This document shows, piece after piece, positions 55,093 through 64,000 of a stretch of DNA of 64,000 nucleotides (positions within the stretch are counted from its first letter, which is position 1; each line of letters begins with the position of its first letter). The position numbers and the translations under genes are program-made. The notes beneath the pieces were generated by a model that searched no databases, was not told the DNA's origin, and saw nothing but the letters and a program-made list of their open reading frames with translations. This DNA comes from Bigelowiella natans CCMP2755. Its lineage: Eukaryota; Protista; Cercozoa. The stretch covers positions 62,001-126,000 of the forward strand of contig ADNK01002596.1 in assembly GCA_000320545.1 (NCBI GenBank), written 5' to 3'.

Positions 55093-55741
55093 TAATCCAC
55101 TTTGTTGTGATGAAAAAGATTTAATCCAGCAAAACACAGAAGATCACTTAGATTAGGCCGCAGCTTAACTAGAGATGATAAATGCGTTAGCATAATCTTG
55201 AAATTTAGTAGATTCACTCTTTTTGATCTTAGCGAATCCAGACACTTATGTCATGGTCATCACCCAAATGTTAAGTACGCAATGCAAGTATCATTCCTAT
55301 CGTGTCCTCTAACTATTACGGACGCAATGCAAGTTTCATTGCTGAAGGATGCTCATAACAACAGATTTGGTTTCGGATTAGTATGAATTGCTGTACTATT
55401 ATCATTTTTGTAATATTTTAATTTAATTAGTAGCGGTCTAATTTTTGTTAACTCGATTATTGTCTTCCAAGTTTGTGTGCCGAGAGAGAAATAGATGGTG
55501 AGTTTGAAAAAAAGAGTAACTTTCTAATAAAGGAATACTATGTACAAGGAGAGAGGGTAAGTTTTTTTCTCGACTACATGTCCGTTACTGAGACTGGACC
55601 GATGAAGCCAGCAAACACTGTACAATACACTGCCGACCCCATTGTAATTGGTTCCACGTTTCACATTTGATTAGTGAGAGGGGCTTCTTTCTAGTTCCCG
55701 GCCCGGCAGTGATTTTACATAACATTTTGACGAAACTGCAC

Positions 55742-56344
55742 TCAAGCCAAGTGGGAGGGCAGAGCCGTTTCTTTTCCGTCTGAACCTCCGACATCAAGAG
55801 TAAGGTCAAATTGCAACATGTCCGAAAGATCGTCTTGCTGAGATGGATACTGTCCCATCGTACCATTGTTGGTCCTAGACCCCGAGTTATGTTGCTCTAG
55901 TGAGGGGCCACCGCTGATTGTTCGTTTCTTCAACAACTCGAAAACAGTTGGAGACGAAGAGAGTTTAACATCCCCCGATCCCCTGGTGTCCTGAGAGGTG
56001 CCTTGTGAATTGGGTGCAGGGATAAATTTGCTCTGCTTTGCTCCACTTGTGAGCCTGTCTAGGAAACCAGATGGCAAATTCTGCGGACAAGAGAATCCCC
56101 CATATTCTGAGAGCGATCGTGACAGTTCCGTCTTTTCGGTTTCACTGCTTTTTCGTGAGAGTTCTGTCTCAAACATTGGGGAGCTGGGGAGGAGGAGGCT
56201 TGGTGGTTGAACTTTAGGTTTCAGTGGTCGTCGAGAAGGTGGTTGCGGCGGTATTCCAAATGCTGGGCACGAATGTGCAACTGATATCATACCACCTGCC
56301 AGTGACTCATGCTTTGAATTCAAAATTGGCTTGGCTTTGCTCAT
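55742..56344 (-). CDS. Uncharacterised S/P-rich protein (last or only coding exon)
   Basis: 200-aa ORF preceded by an acceptor (ttcactag|G ATG). Upstream exon-like segments extend to ~56900. Confidence 0.55.
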   Translation of the reverse strand: MSKAKPILNSKHESLAGGMISVAHSCPAFGIPPQPPSRRPLKPKVQPPSLLLPSSPMFETELSRKSSETEKTELSRSLSEYGGFSCPQNLPSGFLDRLTSGAKQSKFIPAPNSQGTSQDTRGSGDVKLSSSPTVFELLKKRTISGGPSLEQHNSGSRTNNGTMGQYPSQQDDLSDMLQFDLTLDVGGSDGKETALPSHLA

Positions 56345-57588
56345 CCTAGTGAAAGCGGAAGTAGAGACTTAAACTAACGTTTTCGCAAATCGTTGACACT
56401 TTCCTATCCCTGAGAAAATAAACGATTTTTAAAAAATAAGTGTAGATGCTAATCTCATGAAAAGACACATTACACATACATTAACAGGGTTATTTCCCAG
56501 ATTTGGACTACCTTAATGATATCAATTTTAACCTGGTAATGGCCTAGCAATCGCTCATCTTATTCAATGGCTTCTTCTGTAAAATTGGAATGATAGTTGA
56601 ATGAGTAAAGCTATCTTTAGAAAGTATTTCTTCACATTCATCGCCGCCTCCGTAATCTGAGGAGCTTACCTTAAAGAGGGTTTGGCGGTGTAAAGAGAGA
56701 TAGCAACTGGGATTCAACCTTGCAAGAAATTTTGATGAAATTTTCAAATAAAAAGTTTACCCTTATTACTGAAATGCTTCTTACATTTGAAAAAAATATA
56801 CAGTAAAATGGTAGTACGACTTGTGCATGAATCCAATTATAACCATAGTAGGACGTATTTTTCTGTTCACACAAAATAATAAAAATTCTGAATTTATTTT
56901 CAGACTATGAAGTACTTCCTTTTGATGATAAATCTTCACGTAGGTTTATAAATTACATCTCCGACAACACAATATTTATTTTTAGCTCATAATATCGTCG
57001 TATGATTTGTGAGGGAAAATGTGATGATCTTAGAGTAGTACTTTTTTGGTAGTATGTTGATTTCTGGGAGCTCAGGAGAAAAGAAGATGAAAAACTTTTT
57101 TAAAAAAGGAAGGTGCAAAAACAGATACGGCGAGCTGATGAGTATCTTCTTCAAGTAATTTTTGGCCTGTTTCCTATTCTTCTGTGTTAATCCAAATGTG
57201 GTTTCAGATTTTAGGGTTCGTTTTGTTGGTAGTGTTAGTTGCGCCAGGGTATCTGGTTTTTTCTCTTTGTTATGGGTGATGAGAAACCCTACAGTTGTAG
57301 TAGATCTACGGAAACAAACAAACGATGTTCGCAACATTTATTCTTGATCGCACGCACCGGAGAAATAACAATAGCCTATTGGAAAATCTCCCTTCTCGGC
57401 ACGATCCGTGATTCGACAAAAACCATCAAAACTAAGGGGATTAGTTGCAATATTTTCAAAGAAAGTTTGTCACATGCAACGTTCCTCCTTGCCAAAAACA
57501 CACAAAGAAATTTTAAGTCTAACAGTTAGCATTTGAATACTCAGAGTCTCTCCAGAGACGACAGCTGTTGTCGACTAATGGAAAGATA

Positions 57589-59452
57589 ATGGAAGAAAAT
57601 CACTATGTACCGGGAGGTGTCTACGGCACACCTGTGGTGCTCGAGGAGGCAAAAGACCAGCATCGTGAAGAAGAACTTTATCAAAAGCTCTTCTACAAAC
57701 AAGAAGAGGTAGAAGAAATGTAGGATGGAAATAAAGTGAATTTTATAAGGTGTACCTTGACACTGTGACTCAATTGCAGATCGAAATTGGAGAGAAACTG
57801 GGTGAAGGGAATTTTGCAGCGACATTTTGTGGAAGAATAAAGGATCTTGGGATCTCAGTGGCCCTAAAAGTCGCGAAGGCATCGGTTCGTAGTTGATATA
57901 ATCGCTATCGCGTTCAAGCTACTGATACTATGTAAATTGAAAAGGTGGATGATGAGAGTATACATGTGGAGATAAGCAATTTTTCCAAGATCGGAAAGCA
58001 TCGCAATGTGCTCCGGTATATCGGTTTTGTGATGCTGGTTGATAAGCCATGCTATATGACTGAGCTTTGCTCTTATGGCAATCTTCACGACCTCCATGAT
58101 TCGGAAAGATTTGATAAAGAGGCTAACTTTCTGAGAGTGGCGACAGATATATGCTGCGGTCTTGCACATTTACATGCAAAGGGTGTTGTACACCGAGACA
58201 TTGCATGTAGAAATCTCCTGATGCGGAAAGATGGTTCTGTACTGATCGCTGACTACGGTCTAGCTCGTGTAGTAGGCACAGGAGATGAGGCATATTATAC
58301 CGCAGGGAAAGCTCCGACAGCATGGCCATGGATGGCACCAGAATCGTTTACCTATCTCGATTCAAAAATCAAACTTGTTAAGGGAAAGTTTACCAAGAAA
58401 TCCGATGTATATATGCTTGGGGTACGTTAGATAGATCGTGTGTGCGTGGAGGCAAAACTAATCTAACTAAAGTCACGGACATATACACTGCCTGCGTATA
58501 GTATTTTTGTGTTGTGTGTTTGATTTTTAAACTCAAGACTATATTAATTATATCTAAGGTGGCTTTCTGGGAAATGTTAACAAGAGGGAAAAGACCATAC
58601 GAGGAGAGCACAGGTGGTGTGTCATCAGCAAGAATCGGAGCTAGGGAGGCTTCGGAAAGAATACGATTAGGATTATTGAAATTATCAACACCCAAAAACG
58701 CAACAGTCATACAGAAGACAATTGTGGAGGCCTGCTTAGCTTTTGATCCAGAGGAACGTCCATCAGCTATGGGGGTGCTCTCAAACGTACTTTACATCAA
58801 TCCTACCCAAGAACAACTTTCGGAGTGGAAAGAAAGTTTGGTAAGGAGGAGGAGGAGGAAGAAAATGTTCAAACTAGACGATAAGGTACATTATTATAGT
58901 CCGGTAAAAGGCGAGTATGTAAAAACTCGGAGGAAAATAGTGGAAATCAATTACGACCGTCAGGAGGTCCGATTAGATCGAATGGTGGGAATGCTGCGAT
59001 TTGATCAAATATCACACCAGCCTCCTCCTCATGATAAAGAGGTAAAAGATTTGAGGGGCAGGGAAAGAAAAATAGATTATAATCAGAAATATTGTGGCAA
59101 TGGTAATGATTACACTAAAGAGGATGGCTCGAGCCCTATAAAGGTTGCCTCTCTTTCTAATGGAGCAACAAAGACGAAGGATCGGAATTGTCAGCGGAAT
59201 ATACTTCCACCTCACTCCCCTGTACTCATAAAGTATGAAGATGAAAAAGTTGAGAAAGAGAGAACAGAGACGAATTTTGTCCCCAAAGTTGGAGATTATG
59301 TTTTTTTTTTCAGCGCAGCACTTAAGCGAATGAGTAAAATAAGAAGGCAAGTTACAAAAGTAGACCTAAATATGCGGATAGCGTGGTTGAAAGGAATGAA
59401 AAATAGAAACCCGCTCTCTTTCGACCAACTCGCACCCAATAACAACTTGTAG
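57589..59452 (+). CDS. Protein kinase with tyrosine-kinase/TKL signatures and two C-terminal SH3/Tudor-like repeats; 4 exons
   Basis: IGEKLGEGNFA, VALK, MTELCSYGNL, HRDIACRNLL, ADYGLAR, WPWMAPE, KSDVYMLG|VAFWEMLTRGKRPY and CLAFDPEERPS. Confidence 0.93.
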
Positions 59453-59689
59453 CGAGATGTAGGAGTAATGAAACCTGTCTCAATGATGATCATGAACACA
59501 ATCTAAATGACAAAAGAAAAAGGAAACGAATTTGATGATGCCCCATGATGAAGCAATGTGGCACGCACAGCACCAATTAAGTAGGCAACGTGGCATGAGC
59601 ATGCGCTACAGCTGACCCTGCACAAATGCCCCGTGAAAGACAAGCCTGTAATGTTCAGCTACGCATGACCGACCCCTTAGAGCATTGTG

Positions 59690-59907
59690 CCCGGCTAGCC
59701 ATTCTGTCACATGCAATGTTTCATGCATGAACGTTGCAAACGATTGAAAAAATCTCTGCACAACACGATGTGTGCGTGCGACAATGTGCTCTCTGCTCTG
59801 ACCCACACTCCAAACACAACGCACAGTTTTCATGTTCAACGACACGTGTGGTCACGTGCAATCATCAAATTTGTTCCTCCCACTCATCCAACATGCACTC
59901 CACACAC

Positions 59908-59946
<39 letters not shown>

Positions 59947-61125
59947 ACACACACATTGTTCAATGTGCAGTCTAGCAGTTGCATCGGATGACGACAATCG
60001 GAAAAATGCAACAATTTTGTCATGCGTACATGCATCCGTCCCCGAGCAACGCTGGCACGTTCACAATGCAGGATGTGTCAAGGAAACGAGCTTGCATTGC
60101 GATGAGTGGAGAGCCGCTGCAAGCTAGCAAGACATGCAACGTTTGTGTCTTCAGCTCGATGTGTGCCGGTCTGTTTCAGCGGGCTTGCGGTAGCTGTTTG
60201 GCTTTTGTGCGCGGGACTGTGTTGGAGATGTCACCGCAAGTCAACACGCGGTCCTGTGTGCGTTTGAATTCTGATGACCTGAGAACTTGCGCTGCATGCA
60301 TGTGCATGTTGGATTCCGGCGCATTCGCGAAGATTCTCGAATCATCCAGAATTCTCTCGAATTCTCTCGAGCGTTCTGGAAGATTCCCGAAGCTTCCGGA
60401 ATGCTCTCGAAGCTTCCGGAGAATTCTCGAAACTTCTGGAGAATTCTCGAACATTGTGGAAGACTCTCGAAACTTCCGGAATGTTCTCGAATTCTCTGGA
60501 AGGTTCTCGAAGTTCTGAGAACTTCCATGCGCATGCACACAGCGCAGCGTGCAGTGACGTGCACAGCAGCGCAGCGTGCAGCACGAGTGGGCGTGCGCAT
60601 GCTGCGACAGTTCCTCAATCGTGGGTGGCGCGGCCACACCGCTGACAGTCTGCACGCAAAGCAGCAGCAGGCCACAATGCCACGGTGCATGCACGTTGCA
60701 GACACAGCCTCATCGCATGTCTAGACACACCCAAGATGCACGCATGTGTGCAGCACGCCGCTGCCTTGCAGTGCTCACGCACAGCGTCAGCGCACACGTC
60801 TGTAGACGTGCCCACCGCCAATGGATCGATTGAATGCGAGAACGGCAGCTAGTCTAGCAGTGCACGATGCATGGTGGTGATTGCGCACGTGCTGCAAGCA
60901 ACACAACAGGTTCATGTTGCACGCAAGATCGCAAAGCAGCTCGGATCACTGCCCATCGATCACTTTAGCAGCAGCTCACTAGCTCAAATGGCTGCTGGGA
61001 ATCATCGTGCAGTCAGATGCACCATCTGAACCAGATTGTTGCAGTGCATTGCATTGAGACGCTGTTCGTGCGTGTCCAACCAGCTTGATTCTTTTCAAAG
61101 ATTGGTCACAACAACTCACCAACTT
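59690..61125. other. TpA-depleted island H
   Basis: About 1.4 kb with only about a dozen TA, roughly half of them in CTAG. Lies downstream of the kinase. Confidence 0.9.
60314..60526. repeat. 10-bp-period array of nGAAnnTTCn units (heat-shock-element-like), about 20 units
   Basis: GA(A/G) falls exactly every 10 nt from 60329 to 60519, usually with TTC or CTC 5 nt later. Confidence 0.9.
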
Positions 61126-61691
61126 GTGTTAATTTTTTTCGTGATGGATGGGAACTGTGGAAAACTAATGCGCCACAAACATGCTGTGTGACAATTCAAA
61201 GAGGAATCTCTTCCATGATGCTGTCCATGAGAACTTGCACGCATAAAAGTGTTCCAGTGTGCATGATTGATGCACCGACGATGGTGGCCGTCTAGCCATG
61301 CGAAAATGATCCAGACGCAGTGGCGGTAGGAATGATGTGGTAGCACACCGTGGTTTCATTTGTCGTTGGAAGTGGACCAGATCGTCTAATTAATGGCACC
61401 TCCAGTCGTTGCTCACATCATCATCTCACATTTCCTCTCTGTGTGTGCATGTGCATGTGCGTGTGTGTTTTGCATCATCTGTCTAATCTCGGCTCAAAGA
61501 TGCCATGAGCAAGATGAGCCACATGAGGTCAGAACCTACACAACATGCAATCATGAATGTGAGTGGTGAGTGATGATGCTCGGTATTGGCAGTGGCAGTA
61601 GCAGTAACAAAGTAGCATGTGTGAATCAAGCACTACGAATCGATGCAATGCAAACACACAGCAACAAGAGTGATGTAGCAGCAGCAGCAAC

Positions 61692-61726
<35 letters not shown>

Positions 61727-61810
61727 CAGTGAGATCATGTGTTTGGAAGATGAATGTTGGTGATAGATCTGCTGCATTGGTGGCTGTTGCAGTGATGATA
61801 ATGATCATAG

Positions 61811-61844
<34 letters not shown>

Positions 61845-62339
61845 CTCCTCACGTAATTGCTCTTTCCTCCGTCTACAGATGATTGTACTATCGTGGTCAT
61901 CATCCTCCTCCTCCTCGTCGCCTATACGCTTTGCATCATCGCAATCGCCTGTACTGCTTCTCACTCTAGCACCCTTTTCATCATCTTCCTCCTCCTCCTC
62001 CTCCTTTATAAAAAATAGTCACGAAAATGAAAAACAAAATGTGATTAACGGTATTCCTTCTTCTAGTACTAATATTTAAACACTATATTCTACTGCTACT
62101 ACAACCACTACAACTACTACCATTACTGCTACTTCCTATAGCAAGCAGCACCACTATGTCCGCTCAGATGATCATTATCATCATCATCATCATCAACTGA
62201 CCTTAATGAAGTAGGGATTGTTTCCTCTAATGAAAGGAGCGAAAAATGATGATAATGCTGATGATTTAAGAACTCCTTTCTTTTTCTTCTTCAGCTGCAG
62301 CAGGATGCCTCTTGTGAAAACGATGATAAAGCCGACGCT

Positions 62340-63108
62340 TACACATCTCGGGTATTTTCGTATTGTTTTAAGAAATCTCCTGAATAATTATTTACTTTGT
62401 TTTGGTAACATCGATCGAAGCACACATTACTCTCAGGTATGATGATGATGATGATGATATCATCATCATCATGATTAGTAGTAGGTGTAGTAGTGGTAGT
62501 AGTAGTGGTAGTAGTAGTGGTAGTAGTAGTGGTAGTAGTAGTAGTAGGAACACATGTACTACTATATATGTATATACCTTTTTTGGAATAGAGCACAAAC
62601 CATCCCAATAAGAAGTGATGGTTCAACATATCTTTGCCATATTGTTATTATTTTCTTCTCCTTTTCCCACTTTGTGCTGCTAAGTAAGCTTGTCCCAGGA
62701 GATGCAGATGATGAAGATGAGGACGGTGATGATGTAAGGTAATTAGATAATGATTTTGTACAAGTTGTAACTCCTCTCGATTTCTTCATATTTGCCTAAA
62801 CAATCGATCGGAGAAAGAAGAAGAAGAAGAAGAAAAAGAAAAAGAATAGAGTAGATAAGTGGTACGACTTGTCGCAGTAGCAAGCAATAAAGTGTGTGCG
62901 CTACTACTTCAGCAGTACTACTTCTACAACATGACCCACCACCACCACAACCACTACTACCTATTATTATTATTTAGTGATAGTATATTGAGGAGGAAAG
63001 AACGGGCAGTAGGTGTAATAAGCAAAAAGTAATGAAGATAATGATATTGAGATATGATGATATTAAGGCAAATGTAGTACCTCTTTCAACATATCCAGTC
63101 TGCTGGGG

Positions 63109-63142
<34 letters not shown>

Positions 63143-64000
63143 GAGTCTTCTTCTTCTGCTTCTTCTTACTATTACCACTACGAGTACTATTTCCATGGGA
63201 TATTATCACTGTTCTAGTCGTACTCCTCTTCATCGTCGCTGCCGCACCCGTTTTCATTTCCATTCTTCGTGTTGGTCCCGGCGACTGATCATCAGCATTA
63301 TCGTCATAATAAATCAAATCATTCAACTAACAATTTTAATAATAATAAATAATCAAGTACAACTGATGTGTATTATTGGACGATAGCAAACGATGATAAT
63401 GATATTTTACTGGTTTTAATAATGAATGTTTGAATTAGTAAGTATATTCTTGTTGCATCATCATCATCATCATTATCGTCATCATCATCGTCATCATCAC
63501 CATATATGGCGCAAGCATAAGCGGTGGCATTTCTCCTCCTCCTAGTTCTCCATTGATACTATCTGCTCTGCTTCTCGGCGAAAAAGATGGTGATGACGCC
63601 ACCGATAAGGACTCCTGTATCTGCCAGTAAAGTAAGTAGCAAACAACCAAAGAGATTAAAAAGATAACGTGGCATCACCAACAAATGAAACAACATTCTT
63701 ATTCCTCTTTCTTCGCCATCGTTACAATCATAACTATGATTATAATTATCAATGCACACATCATCATCACCAAAATTTTGTTGTTGTGTGGTAATTGTCA
63801 GTTATAGTATATTTATTGCTTTGCACCAAATAGCATTTTACGTGAGCAGCACTACCTGTGATAATAATAACACATCGGACTGTTGTTCTTTTTTGCCTTC
63901 TCCCAGATGATTAGTACCATTCTTCTTGTTGACTATAAAACCATCATTATCATAATCATCACCATCATAGCCGTCTTAGACACTACTACTACTACTACTA
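62340..64000 (-). CDS. 3' part of an uncharacterised intron-rich gene running off the window
   Basis: Exon-like pieces on the minus strand: cag|IQESLSVASSPSFSPRSRADSINGELGGGEMPPLMLAPYM|gt and KWEKEKKIITIWQRYVEPSLLIGM|gt. Confidence 0.35.

Noticed and set aside
54423-55217. 264-aa ORF and the stacks of overlapping six-frame ORFs in the islands (also 1698-2283, 47902-48738 and 59711-60833)
   Set aside because: Loss of TA removes TAA/TAG stops on both strands and yields spurious His/Cys/Ala-rich ORFs. No protein motifs are present.
60314-60526. CRISPR array or coding repeat (LESSRI/FSRI ORFs)
   Set aside because: 10-bp period without unique spacers, eukaryotic context, and no cas genes. The ORFs are by-products of the repeat.

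Overview
Eukaryotic nuclear DNA, rich in introns and microsatellites, with GT-AG introns and the standard code. A HAD hydrolase with a bipartite signal plus transit peptide suggests an alga with a secondary plastid, probably a chlorarachniophyte (inference). Genes I could splice by hand: a plant-type CCR4 deadenylase, SRP19, an FAD-dependent monooxygenase, a Cys/His zinc-finger protein, a tail-anchored coiled-coil protein, a macro-domain protein, a TMTC O-mannosyltransferase, a CbbY-like HAD phosphatase and a kinase with tyrosine-kinase signatures. Several further genes are uncharacterised or broken. Orientation alternates almost strictly (+,-,+,-). The main unexplained signal is a set of intergenic islands, mostly between convergent 3' ends, in which the dinucleotide TA is almost absent except inside CTAG, while TG, CA and CG are abundant. 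For example, 47883-48742 has one TA in about 860 nt. A 35-bp tandem duplication and a 20-unit heat-shock-element array in or beside these islands show differences compatible with TA->CA/TG/CG change. This suggests a locally targeted TpA-specific base-modification or hypermutation system. All counts and gene models were made by eye.
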